From: Lytechinus pictus
Taxonomy: Eukaryota
Length of the DNA stretch: 64,000 bases
Reading direction: 5' to 3'
NCBI RefSeq assembly: GCF_037042905.1
Contig: NC_087251.1
Location: forward strand, 18,602,001 to 18,666,000
The position numbers and the translations under genes were made by a program. Of this stretch, positions 11,970 through 25,154 are shown piece by piece (position 1 is the first letter of the stretch; each line of letters opens with the position of its first letter). Below the pieces are notes generated by a model. That model worked only from the letters and a program-made list of their open reading frames with translations, made no database searches and was not told where the DNA came from.

Positions 11970-13472
11970 CAGGGGCGGATCCAGCTTTCGCCAATAGGGG
12001 GGGGGCCTAAAAAAAATTTTACCCACATTTTCCCCAATCGGCCGCTCAAAGTTGATTTTCATTTGTTTCTTTGAAGGGGTAGTCCTAACAGTCACTTCTT
12101 AGCTTTATTCTCACAAAACATAGATAACGTCATATAAGCCCTAATTGAACAATACGAGCGCGAGCTAATTTTTTTTTATTTCATGTATTTTGTCCTGTAA
12201 ATTGAACATTCTGAGCAATGATTGTGATCGTGAACAAGATGTGTATGTAACTAAATAATTTATGCGAGCGCAAATCGCGAGCAGAAGTTTTTAATATACG
12301 TTCTAGCCTGATGGAAAACAGACCGTAAGGACTGTTTGCAGTTACCCATGAAAACAATACATATTTCAACAATCAAATAATGCGAGCGCGAAGTGCGAGC
12401 TGAAAATTTATGACATTTTGACCTAAAAATTTGACATTCTATGCACTTTTTGTAATCATATACGGAATAGGTATATAACTAAACATTTCGTGTGAGCGCG
12501 AGCCAAAAATATGAGATTTAGACCTAAAAACGGGACACACTATCCATGTTTCGTAAATCACAAAAAGAATGATTATTATATAAATAATGCGAGCGCGAGA
12601 AGAAAATTTTTGATATTCTAATATGAAACTGGATAATTTAAGCACGTTTTGAATAAAGAGCTGCCTGGTTTTGAGACTTAGACCTAGAATCTTGGCATTC
12701 TAGATACATTTCTTTTATTATGAAAATCAATAAAGCGCAAGCGCGAGCTGAAAAAAATTGATGGCGATCTGAAGAGGGTAAATTTAAGCACTATTTCAAG
12801 CATCGTAGGAAAATTGTGAAGTGGATATGGATCGTCCTTCACAAATGATGTGAGTGCGAAGCCCGAGCCGATTAAAAAAAAAATTATTATTTAGACCAAG
12901 CACACGGGAAATTATAAGAACATTTGTCATCATATGAAAATAACAGTTTTCCTATTCCTCTTCCTAAGCGCGAGATGAAACTTGTCGATATCGATATTCC
13001 ATTCTGAAAAAAGGGACAATTGCATTATTAGGAATTCATGAAACTGTCACCTTATTCATCAATCTAATATTGATGAGAGCACGAAATCTGTTGATATTAA
13101 GGCCTGAAAACCGGAAATTTTAAGCATTTTTAAAATATTGTTTTACGGTTAACTTGTGCACATATGGTAATCCTATGCAGAGCTAATCGGCCGTTGATGG
13201 AGTGCAGGAGACCCATGTGCAGGAGAATGGCTTGATTCGCGCAGTTGAGGTAGCTTGGTTTACCTACATGTGAACTAACAGTATGCGGTGCCACTGTTAG
13301 TAGGCCTGGGATCGGGCCGGCCGTTACAAGGCTGTAAATTAAACATGGGTATAATACCTCCTTCGTACTTCTCTTTCTGTTTTTCAGTGTATCTCTCAAG
13401 TTAAAGGGACATTTTTTTTGGTTGCCAAAAAATAGGGGGGGCCGGCTCGGCCCCCTCTTGGATCCACGCCTG
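11970..13472. mobile_element. 1.5-kb non-autonomous DNA transposon, CAGG ends, 5-bp TSD (hAT5-like)
   Basis: GGAGA|CAGGGGCGGATCCAG...TGGATCCACGCCTG|GGAGA; internal degenerate gcgagcgcgaagcgcgag repeats; a left-end fragment also at 17641. Confidence 0.85.
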
Positions 13473-13889
13473 GGAGACAGAGACCTCGATCGATTGCGGA
13501 GGGGGCAAGGGGAAGATCACCCCATAAAAATATGGGGGGGCATAATATGCCCCCAATAATTTTGAAAACTTGAAAAAATAAATATAAAATGCAAAATTTA
13601 AGAAAGCATGAAAAGCACTTTAGGAAATATTAAACCTGACATAGAAATATTATCAAACATACAAAATTTTTTTCGGTACGCTCCACACGCACAATTATTT
13701 TTTGTGCGTAGAGCAATCAATAAATCATAATTTTTTTTTTCACTTTTGCCCCCCCCCATCCGAAACATATACGGTAGATTGGCTGGCAGGTGAGATATAT
13801 TTTCTCATAACCTAAAGCATTGAGAGTTGAAAATTGTAATCAAAGGAACTATAACCATTGATAAAGGGTATCGGTAAACAAAACCAAAA

Positions 13890-14656
13890 CTTCTGGGGAG
13901 TAAAAGTCATCTACTATACGTAGGCTTACTCCCCCTTCTGGAGAGTAAAAGTCATCTACTATATGTAGGCTTACTCCCCCATGAAGCTTGGGATTGATAT
14001 CCATACCTGCCAGTGTAGGAGAGGAATTCCCACGCCAAAACTAAACCTAAATCACCAATTTTTATGTTTTGTTTGCGCCCAAACTAATGTACATGGGCCA
14101 AACCAATATTTACCCCCAGTTTTTAATAAAATTCCTAAATAAGAAATAAATAGTAGTAAGTAAATTTTTAAAAATTAAGAGCACGAGCGTTCACTTACGA
14201 GTCTGTTTACGTCGCCATTTTGAAATCTTTTGTTATCGATACCTAGATACCACACGCGTGTAGGGCTGCAACTTAGATTTTTAAAATACTTGCATCGGCC
14301 GATAAATATCACGAATCGTAAAATATTTGTTTCGGTCGATAAATATCATAAAAGTTATTTTATGATATTTATAACAAAAGACTTCAAAATGGCGACGTAA
14401 ACAGACTCGGTAAGTGAACGCTCGTGCTCTTAATTTTTTAAAATTTTCTTATTTAGGAATTTTATTAAAAACTGGGGGTAAATATTGTTTTGGCCCATGT
14501 ACGTTAGTTTGGGCGCAAAACAAAACGTAAAATTGGTGATTTAGGTTTAGTTTTGGCGTGGGAATTCCTCTCCTACTCTGGCAGGTATGGATATCAATCC
14601 CAGGCTTCATGGGGGAGTAAGCCTACGTATAGTAGATGACTTTTACTCCCCAGAAG
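13890..14656. repeat. Fold-back inverted repeat with ~290-bp arms and a 45-bp tandem duplication in the left arm
   Basis: 13936-14236 is the reverse complement of 14371-14656; 13890-13935 is repeated at 13936-13980; no TSD found. Confidence 0.93.
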
Positions 14657-15768
14657 CCTCCAGGCTACTTGCGCCTTCATCCCGTACCAGATGATGATGA
14701 TGATGAAAAATGTACTTTAACTTTTTAAGAATTTGTTTCTGTGTTGCTATTTTATAAAACAAATAATGCACTTGCTCTGTCGTGCGTAAAAGTAAATGCA
14801 GAGAAAGCTCGGTTTCTTCAAATGGTGCACACTGGGCACTCACCGCCAGCGGCTCGTGCGCAGTGCGGCACCTATCTAAAGAAACCTCGCGTGCTCTGCA
14901 TTTCCACTAACGCACTCGGCTGCATGCATAATTTGCATACAATTCCATTCTTTTTTACTGCTGTTTGTGCCTTTTTGGGCGCTTTTGATGTTCTTCTCTA
15001 CTTATAGTCTTTTTATATGATATGGCAAAAAATAACCAAAAAATAACTCATGTCTCATGAGCATAATGATTTTAATCAACAAAAATTAAAGATGCATTTG
15101 ACATGCATTATTACAGGAAGTTCTGCCAGACGACTGATATGGCCGTACGCTGTTATTGACGTTTCCGTCTGCTAGAAAAAAAGTGCAGCCACTGTCATCC
15201 CCAACTTAACCTCTTTTTAGACTTAACCGTTTAACGCAGTGTTAATAAATGTTCGTGTTAGTAACTTACTGTTATCTTTGAACAAAATTTTTGCTAACAG
15301 TAGGCCTAACACCATTTTCAGAATACCAAATTTCGTGTTATCTTCAACCCTAGGCCTATAAGTTTAACCATGGCATGCTAACACTACAGTGACACTAGAC
15401 AAAAAGCTTCAGTTTCTGACTCTGTATTTTGGTTGTTCCACTAAACTGAGGAGTCTGAGGCTGAGCTGCGTTGACTCACGTCACTCACCAAGTTACCAGT
15501 AAAATGTCAGAAATTGTTAAATAAATCCCCAGAAACTTTATTTACAGTAACACGATTTTCAGAATTCCAATCGTGTTCCTGTTAGCTAACACGGTCTTTA
15601 GAATACTGCCCCTACTATACTAACCTCGCAATAGTGTGAGTGGGCCTGGAATGGAATCACACTCAAGCTCACACAGTCACAGCACAGCACAGTGAGTCTG
15701 TGACCGAGTGTGAGTGACTATAGTATACCGGTACATACACTAAAAACTGCTGAAAAATGATCCTTTAC

Positions 15769-15965
15769 TTGGATTCTCCTGCCTGGTGCCTGGCACATGA
15801 ATAACGTAAGGAATTGGAGGATGCGAGTAAAGTCCTATGTACAGCCAGGCAACTGAATCAATGTTGTTTTTGTTGAAGTTGTTCGTTGTAGGTCGTTTTC
15901 AAACCCAGTCCAAATAAATAGACCTATTTCTGTGGTTTCAGCATAGCAGTCGACATTTTGAAAAG
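15769..15965 (-). other. Candidate non-coding first exon of the HHAT-like gene
   Basis: gtaaag donor at 15768; caaaatgtcg YY1-like motif near 15960; the ATG exon has its own acceptor, so an upstream exon is needed. Confidence 0.45.
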
Positions 15966-16430
15966 CTCCTCCGTCAATTTTGGGGAAACTTCCAAAGAAT
16001 TTATTAAATTTGCATATTTAATGGTATGAAGTTATAATTATAAATATTTTATCTTAATCAAAATGTATTTGATATTTATTTTATATTATTTTAGGTACTA
16101 ATTTAAAAAAAATGTGCTCTAAAAATAATTTAAATAAAGATTCATACGAACGAGCCGGTTATTTCCCGCATCTCTGCCGCTGAGGCGAGGTACAAGGTCC
16201 GAGGAGCTATCCGGAGGAGATCGAGAGCCAGGCGGGCATTCATCCACGGCCACCAATACATATACGTACGACTGCGCTGCCAATACGCGGTACCGGTATA
16301 GCGGAAGTAGCGGCCGCAAGTCAACGGGGAAAGTTAAACCGAGCCGAGTGAGGTTGAGCCTTGGGGAAAAAGACCGTCTTATAAACTAAGTTAACGTTGA
16401 TATACAAGTCAGGTCATTGGCTAGTTTGTG
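15960..16430. promoter_or_regulatory. Candidate bidirectional promoter plus CpG-rich plus-strand first exon
   Basis: AT-rich spacer 16000-16140 then a CpG-rich island 16145-16360 with ETS-like GCGGAAGT (16301) and a gtaagg donor at 16431. Confidence 0.5.
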
Positions 16431-17005
16431 GTAAGGATTGAAATTATTCAATTGAAACACTGTAGGCCTATACCAATGTAAATCTAACAGACTGAGACAT
16501 GTATTTTCCTATCCTAGATTAAATAATGTTAACTTGACTTGAGTCTGCCTTGTTCATTGTGTGTGTGTGTGTGTCATTTGCGTCATCTGTGCGTGCGATT
16601 TCTTTTTCACGCGAGTGAATACGAGAAATCACGTTTCTGTGCGGAAAAGACCGTCTTCTACCCGGTAAACTATGCCCCTTTTTTAAGTCTGCCTTGTTCA
16701 TTGTGTGTGTAACTGTCATTTGTGTCTAGTTGTCTGACTATATACACTGTGCATGCGATTATAATTTCTTATTCATCATAATTCATGCGATTGCAAGTCA
16801 AGTGAATACGAGAAATCACGTTCTGTGAAATTTTTATCTGAATTGCACATTAACGAAATTAAAGGACCAGCACATCTGTCCTAAGGCTAAGCAATAGTAT
16901 ACTCTTATTCACCTAAGCCTAGGGTTCATTACATGTCACGTCGCCGCGCACAGAAAAATCGAGCCATAGGCATAGTCCATAGAAGTCGTGTGTTGTGGAC
17001 ACCAG

Positions 17006-17162
17006 GGGAGCGTTTCATGAAAGGACTTGTCGGACGTTTTATCCGACAAGTCCCATTGTATCCAACAGTTACCATAGTAACAGTACCTCTCAGCCAATCA
17101 ACATCAGAGAAAGATGTCAGATCTGACAACTTGTCGGATGAAAATGTTGGTGAAACACTCCC
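17006..17162. mobile_element. 157-bp MITE, CAG TSD (Harbinger-like)
   Basis: CAG|GGGAGCGTTTCA...TGAAACACTCCC|CAG. Confidence 0.8.
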
Positions 17163-19150
17163 CAGAAGTGGGATCCCAGCACGCGCTACCCACTAGTTAG
17201 AAATCCACTGCCAATCGCGGTTCATGGTGCGAGGTTAGTTAGTAATACTAACCTCGCAATACGTGTGAGTGACTCTTAGGTCATTATTCATAAATCCTTT
17301 CCTGCTTTGTGGTGGAACCTGTCATGCCTGGCCAGAATAAAGAATCGACGAGTACGAGCTTACCATTAAAAGGGGAAGTTCACCCTGACAAACAGTTACT
17401 TTATTGGTAAAATAGCAGAATAAAGAAAGATATTGCCAAAACTTTAATCTAACACTAACAGTAACAAAGTCAAACTTGAATGAAATTAAAGTTATTTGAA
17501 TTTTATTTCAATTAGAGTCTATTTGATTTGTGACGTCATATGCGAGTAGCTTTCTTAGATCCTAATATCGTGTGTTAAAAAATCAATGAAATGTCATTTT
17601 CTAAGAAAATTGTAAAAATGGCTCTCATTGTACCTTCACTCAGGGGCGGATCCAGGATTTTCCAAAGGGGGGGGGGGGCACATTTTCCCTAGGAAAAATT
17701 TGACAAGTGTCAAAAAGCAAAATTTATTTCTGAAAACGTAAATTTTAAGACTGTATTTATAACACACAGTCAATGAGAGACCACACACAGTTCACTCCCC
17801 CTTTAATGGATTTTCCTCAAACCACCAATATTTTTTCTGATATTTTTACATCAAACTTTTCTTCACGGTGGATATCATAATTACATGTAGACCCTGAAAA
17901 AAATCAAAATCAACAAACAAAACTAGTTTAGATCTAGGTTGAGCGACTCTAGATCATAGATTGTAATAAAAATAATAGGTTAGGATCAGCAATGCCAGTA
18001 TTTGGCCTTCATTTATTATTATTATTATAGACAGCTGAAATCAGTCTGTTTGGAGGAGTTTTAAACATTTTTCACTTTCCTACTTTCTCCTACAATGTAC
18101 GAAACAGAGACTGAAGCTTTTGTTCTTTGCCAATGATCAAGTTAGATGGTGCTATTGCGATTGTGCGTGAAATGTTTCTTGTGCATGTGCTCATCACATG
18201 TTTTTTGCAGATATTTGTAGGCCTACATGTACTTCACTCAGCTAGTTGTTGATAAGGGGTACTGACTGTCCAACCTTTCAGCGCGTGTGGAGCTCTTTGA
18301 CCTGACACTTCCACTAGACAACAAGCGATTTACGGCAAATATGTGTGTCCTATTAAGGCATGGCGTTATTCCTCCTGTCTATAGAAATTCTATGCCTATG
18401 CTTTGCTCTATATTTTTTTGTAGAATTTTTGTATTATCATGAAATTGGAAAGAAGTTCCCATTTCCACCATTTTTCATCACAAACATGCTCCAGTTGTAG
18501 CTCCGATTACACACTTCATTGTTGCTGCTGGTGCTGCTACTTCGAGAGCTTAGATCAGAGAGATTTATTTTTGTCACTTTCTTAATTCCCACATTGATAT
18601 GGAAAAATTTGAGAATTCTCTATATACATGCTGATTCCTTTTGAAAAGTACTCAAAATAAATACAGTCGACTAGCGAGATTTATTTCATCACTGTCTTTT
18701 CTCTATGCATTGGATTGGGAACCAGTGTTGAAAATTCTTCATAGAGTTGTACAAGTTAGCTCCCATTTCAACAAGTAAATAAATACACCTGACGAGTGTG
18801 ACATATTTTGTTACTAATTTATTTTAGTGAACGGTGAGGTTACTGAGCCTATCTGAAAAAAGTAGAGACTCTTATGGCTAGTGCACTGAAGTAAATACAT
18901 GAGGGCCACAAGCAATATCATTCTTGTCACAGCTGAAATCGCTGGCTAAAATAGAAAATCAATATTCTAACTGAAATTTCAAAATATGTTAGAATGATGT
19001 CTTTACTCAGAGATGTCAATTTTCCGTCATTTTATGGAATTCCGTATTTTTCTTTGATCCTAATTTTTGTCCGTCTTTTTTTCATTTTGTGTAAACATTT
19101 TCAGATATTTCCATTTTCCCCCTCTTTTTCCGTCTCTCATCTTTCATTTG

Positions 19151-19654
19151 TATATAAAAAAGCGCTCGCAAAACGCGAGGGCTTAACAGCATTGAATTGA
19201 AGTGGATAGCGCTTGCATTCTGTTTTGTAGCGCACGCGATCTGCGCGCAAGGATTTTGCAGCTGTTTTTTTAGCGGAGATTGCTGTGTATACGTACCCCA
19301 AAGATGCTGGGAAGCCTTGAGCCCGCATCCGCTTGGACCGCTTGTCAGTTGTGCGGCGTGGTTTCTTACTCGCTGTTTGTTTAATTTTCTGCATTTATTT
19401 TTTGATAAAAGGACTTGGATTTATGTGGATATATGTCATGCATCTGGAAGTTGTGAAATGCGAACTATATTTGATACAAAGACTTGAATTTGTGTTGATA
19501 CAAGCCTAACAGTAACAGGATATGGAAAGTAAAGACTGAACACTTGGTGGATTTGGTGAATTTTTAATTTTGAATTTTGAGTTCAACTGTTCAAGATGGA
19601 GATAGACAGGAGTGCCAATATATCCAAAATAGACTTTGGGATAAAAAACAATTG
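19151..19654 (+). promoter_or_regulatory. TATA-box promoter and candidate first exon of the plus-strand gene (short ORF MEIDRSANISKIDFGIKNN, 19596-19654, phase 2)
   Basis: TATATAAAAA at 19151, then a CpG-rich leader, aagATGG start and gtaaat donor at 19655. Confidence 0.5.
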
Positions 19655-21469
19655 GTAAATTTAATGTGTTGTCCACTCTAACATTCTATTCAGTGTTCAC
19701 ATGCATGTCATTTCTTTTATTACAGGGATATATGAATGGAAATGACCTTCAGATGATATTCCATAATTGCAGGTCAACTAGCAGAAAATATGTATTATCT
19801 TTTAATTTTGTGAAAAGGGAGAGGGATATATTTTTTTTATTTAGGCCTAAATCACATCTCTTAGTATTGAAATGTCTGTATCTTATACCATACAAGTGCT
19901 CATTGGGCACCCAACAACGTTAACGCATCAAGCGAACCGCAAATGATTTGCGGGTCGGCGTGCCAAGCTTTGACTTTCCTTTTTTTTTTTCTCTACCCAC
20001 TGGCATCCCTGTTTACTGCATAATTGTTCATTGCACAAATATTAGCTCTAAAAGAAATAGCCCCTTAATAATATATGATTATTCCTACCCTGCAGATGGC
20101 CAATATTGGAGTCTCCCATTTAGAAATGGTTAATACCACAGGAGCTCAGCAGGTAATAGCAAATGCAGGGGAAACGGGTGCTAATTCCAACTTGTTTTTT
20201 TTTTTGTTAAATGAAATCAGCATCCAGTATGTCCAATGCAACATTGATTCAAGATGATGAAGGATGAGAGAGATACATGTATGCTTCCGTGTGAAGTTAT
20301 GAAAAATTAATAACATACTAAACTACATGTATTGTGATGAACATGGTACATGTACTTTTCTACTGTAAAAATATAAATCATGTTGTGGATATCTGATCTA
20401 CAGTATAAGTAAGATCTAACATGATATTTAAGTACCCAGAAGCTATGTTTAATTGCCAATTTGCTCACTCCTTAGATGTAGAAAGGGAGAGAGAAATGGA
20501 GGGAGAGATGTAACCTTTTTTAATTTGGAGTATTTCTTGAACTGGCATTTAAGAAAATCCTAGAATCTTAAATACCACTTAGTCCAGGAAGTAGGAAATT
20601 CCTGGTTGTGACCAGTAAATTCCTGTGCAATAACTTTTTGCAAGTCCCTTTTCCTGTCTTCGTGCACTGTGATTGCTTTACACAGATATTGCTTTCGTTA
20701 CCTTAAATACCTCATTGACATGTTGGCATTCCAGCAAGATCCATATTTTCCTTCATGTATCTCCAAGAATAATCTGATCCGCAGGGCAACAGAGTTCATG
20801 TTCTTTGTACATGGGGCTATTTACATTTGAAATATAGTTATGTAGCCATAAAAGTGATAAAATATCTCAAGCTAGTGTAATGTGAGTTGGAATGAGATTT
20901 TCATCTTAATCATCAACATCTTATTTGTTTTTCCAAAATGACATCAACTCTTCAATGGCTAATCAGGGTCATTCATCAGAGTGTGCGCCAAGTCTTTTCT
21001 TTAGATATGGCGGAAGTGTGTCACCGGGGGCATATTCAGGATTTTGTAGATGAGGGGGGGAACAGAATTTCTGACACTTCGTTGAAAGATGTAATCGTGG
21101 TATTTAGTTATCTGTATGTCATTGAAAAACTGACCTGTGCTACAGTGTAGATTTAAAAATTACAAGGCTCTTAATAATAAAAAGAGTGATTTTCTTCATT
21201 GGCTGGTGCCTGGTCTTGCATATTGTTGTGTATTGCCCAAATGCAATCATATGCACATTATAAATGAAGATAAAGCGCAATTAAACCTGTGTTCAATACG
21301 TACTCCTACTTACGTACGTACGTACCGTACGAGCAAAGCTCTTTTTGTCATTTTCTTAACTAGTTCAAGCAAGCACAATGTAAAATCTTTCTACAATTGT
21401 ACAAATCCCCATAATTTTTTGTTATATTATGTATACACTTGAATTATTTTTGATACTACTATTTCTACT

Positions 21470-21565
21470 AGACGACTGCTACTACTACTACTTCTACTAC
21501 TACTACTACTAGTACTTCTACTACTTGTACTATTACTAGACTACTACTACTACTACTACTATTAT
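21470..21565. repeat. (TAC)n microsatellite, imperfect
   Basis: Direct observation. Confidence 0.9.
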
Positions 21566-22001
21566 GACTGCTCATTATATCCTTCTTGTAGAGTGCTCAG
21601 GGCACATAAAGAAATGGGAAGTGAATAGTTAGGCTTTAAGAACAATTTTTTTATGGTTTGGTGATAATATGAAATATAATCAAGTGTCATTCTTCAAAAT
21701 GTGTTGCGATTTTTTTTCATCTGTTAATTTGTTGAAAAAAAATTCAAAATGTTAATTTGATGATATTTAGTGCCCTCTCTAAGTTTTTTTATTGATAAAA
21801 GTCTTTCAAATACTGAACGCTATCTAAAAGATAAATAAATAAGGTTGCAAATTTTTGGAAAGCTACAAATAGATTATCCTTGAAATTTCCAGCCCGTGCT
21901 TTGAAAAGTGGTTTGTTACATGCACCTTCATGTAAGAGCAAAAATATAGTTATTTTTATTTTGGTTGTGATCCTGACCAAATATAATTTCATGTAAAGTC
22001 A

Positions 22002-23394
22002 TGGCAATTCCATAGGTTGGTGGACATGAGCTCAATGTGTCTTTGTACTGTATAGCCCATCTGAACTGTACATTTCAATTGTGTTTGCCTTACTTATACT
22101 TATTGCTGGTTCTTTAATTGATGTTGAGGGCTTGAGGCAAGAAATGGAATGCATTTGTTTTACATTTTTGATTTACACAGCCCAAGCCAGATCTCGTACA
22201 GTTTAGTGAATACTTTACCAATATACTGATCAATAAGTAAAAGAGAGGAGGAAACTTATTCTTAATGTTACCTTTAAAGGAGAATGAAACTCTTGGAGCA
22301 AGTTAGCTTTTGTGAAAGCAGAAAAATCAAAGAATAAGATCAACAAAACTTTGAGTAAAATAGGACTAGCAATAAAAGAGTTATGAGCATTTGAATGTCG
22401 AGATCACTAATGCTATGGAGATCCTCCCATCGGCAATGCGACCAAGATCTGTGATGTCACACACGTACAACTCTCCCATTTGGACACTGAAAATATACCC
22501 CAAAACATATCTTTTTGCTCATTCTAATCATATGACAAACGATTCATCAATGATATAATGTTGTGAAACCTCTGTACTTGTCATCTCATAAAGAGAACAC
22601 CTCACCTTGTGATAGACTCTATAAAAGTGAGAATATACGTGAAATAAGTACTAAAGTAATGAGGGAGTTGTACGTGTGTGATATCACAGATCTTGGTCGC
22701 ATTGCCGATGGGAGGATCTACATGGCACTAGTGATCTCAATATTCAAATGCTCATAACTTTCTTATTATTCATTCAATCTTCCTCAAACTTTCAACAATA
22801 TGTTTCTTTGATTTTTCTCTTTGATATGGATTCAGCTGGTTTCAAGGGTTTCATTCTCCTTTAAACATAAACTGGTGTCTGAAATCCTACTCATATTATT
22901 ACAGAAACAGAAACATGAATCTTACACACATTATTGAATTTTTAGTGACATTTATGTTGTTGACCATACATGGACAAAATGTAAAGTGTCTAACCGTAAC
23001 GTGAGTAACTACTTTATCTGCACTCCTAGTAAAAACCATGTGTTCTTTATTTTTTGAATTATATACAAAGTTTGTCTCCCTAATATACTTCTTTGAAATG
23101 GATATAATCAACTTTCATAAAAGCCTTGTATGAGGACACTTTTCACTTATGTCGACTTTTCATTTTACATGTATGCATGTCCAAATCATGTTACATGAGT
23201 AACCGACACATTTCAAAGATTTGCCAGGAGCATAATAAAATTTTCCAAGTTTTGTTTTTATACAAAGGATAGTCAGACTGCGTACTTTGTTATGATAAAG
23301 AGATGTTTAGTTCCTATCAATAATAATGGAGTTACAGCTCCAAGTATGAGTCAAGGTGTCTCCAAATGTAATGTGTGTAACTATGGAATAGACC
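22002..23394 (+). mobile_element. Older, internally rearranged copy of the Sola-like element at 42670
   Basis: Left end ggcaattccataggttggtggacatgagct; 22915-23394 aligns with 43815-44291. Confidence 0.8.
22278..22860. mobile_element. Palindromic TTAA MITE, family A (Kolobok/T2-like)
   Basis: TTAA|AGGAGAATGAAAC...GTTTCATTCTCCT|TTAA. Confidence 0.9.
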
Positions 23395-23450
23395 TTAAAA
23401 GATTTATTGACTAAAATTCATTTTATTTCATCCACACAATTTTGATAATA

Positions 23451-25154
23451 TTAGGAGTGGGCTATAAATGGGTGATTTTTGGTTTTACTGTGGGAACAGT
23501 TTTTGTGTGTTCCTTTTACCTTATCTCAACATGAAATAACAATATTTTTTGTCTCGGGTCCGAGAAAAAAGTGTGCCGGGCAAAAATCCAAAATGGCCGC
23601 CAAAACCCCCCAAAATCACAGTTTTGGCCACAACTTGTTTATTTGGTGGTCATTTTCTCTGGTTTTGGTGTCTATTCATATGTTTTGGGGGGCAGACAAT
23701 TTGTTTTTCCTATAATTCGTACTTTTAAACCATTATTTGTAGAGTTAAAAGGTAATTATACCTAAATTTTCCCATTTTTGTAGCCTTTTTTCAGCAAAAA
23801 AGTGGGTTTCATCATCCTGGGGTTCTGGGATATTTTATGGTACGAGGTCAACAATAGCAAGCAGCTTCATGTAGCTATATTGCTTTTATTCCTCCACTTT
23901 GGGTTTTACGGATATTTGTGAAATATATCTTATCAAATAAAAGAAAATGTCATTTATCCATAGGGGCTACACGGTGTACAATGCACTGTATATGACTGCA
24001 TATATCCATGCATTGACCACCATGGCATATGACAAGGCCTGTATATAAACTATAGTGTCATAGAAATGAGCTTCAAAGGTTTAGAATTAGATTGTGAATT
24101 TGATTCCTTGTCAGCTGATGTACATGGTGAAACCAGTAATGTAAATTAAACTTACATGTAAATATCACATACATGTATGTATACGTACATCACATTTTTA
24201 GCCATATCTTCTTCATTTGGAGGCTTTTTTAAAAACCTGGTTCTGGTGTCTAACTGGCCTATGTTTATGGGGTCAGGTAACTACTAGTATCATGGTAACG
24301 CTGATCAACAGCCAATCAGAATAAAGGATTGCATGCAAGTTACCATTAAGTTAAGTTAACATAATGGTAAATTTTTATGCAACGGGGCCCAGAATAGCTA
24401 CAGTGTAAATTACCTCTCTCCGCCCCCTGAATTAGCATATTTGACAAAACATGTCCTCAATTTCTGAGACAAAACATATCTTCAATTTCTGAGGCATCTA
24501 ATTCTAAACCTGGGAGCTCATTTCTATGACAATATAGTTTATACAAGCCTTGTTATCTGTCATGGTGGCCAATGCGTTTATGCAGTGCAGTATGTATGTA
24601 CAGTACATTGTACATATGTATACTGTATAGCCCCAATGGATAATTGACATTTTTTTATTTAATAAGATATATTTCACAAATATCCGTAAAACCCAAAGTG
24701 GAGGAATAAAAGCGATATAGCTATATGAAGCTGCTTGCTATTGTTGACCTCGTACCATCTAATATCCCAGAACCCCAGGATGATAAAACCTACTTTTTGG
24801 CTGATAAAAGGCTACAAAAATGGGAAAATTTAGGTATAATTACCTTTAACTCTATAAATAATGGTTTAAAAGTACTTATTATAGGAAAAACAAATTGCCT
24901 GCCCCCCAAAACATATGAATAGACACCAAAACCAGAGAAAATGACCACCAAATAAAAAAGTTGTGGCCAAAACTGTGATTTTGGGGGGTTTTGGCGGCCA
25001 TTTTGGATTTTGGCCCGGCACACTTTTTTCTCGGACCCGAGACCAAAAATATTGTCATTTCATGTTGAGATACATTACAAGGAATAAAAAAAAACTGTTG
25101 TCATATTGAAATTACAAAAAAAGTATTTTTGACCCATGTATAGCCCACTCCTAA
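23451..25154. mobile_element. Fold-back element with ~650-bp terminal inverted repeats (possibly Academ-like)
   Basis: 23451-24093 is the reverse complement of ~24495-25154; ends TAGGAGTGGGCTATA...TATAGCCCACTCCTA; TSD ambiguous. Confidence 0.85.

Noticed and set aside
13150..13328. Possible solo LTR (TGTAAC start on the minus strand)
   Set aside because: No matching other end or TSD could be defined
20096..20152. Possible plus-strand coding exon MANIGVSHLEMVNTTGAQQ
   Set aside because: Good splice sites, but it ends in phase 0 and gives a stop if joined to 19654; may be UTR, so not supportable as CDS
23479..25023. Duplicated ORFs MCRAKIQNGRQNPPKSQFWPQ on opposite strands
   Set aside because: By-product of the long inverted repeat; GTG starts and differing stops
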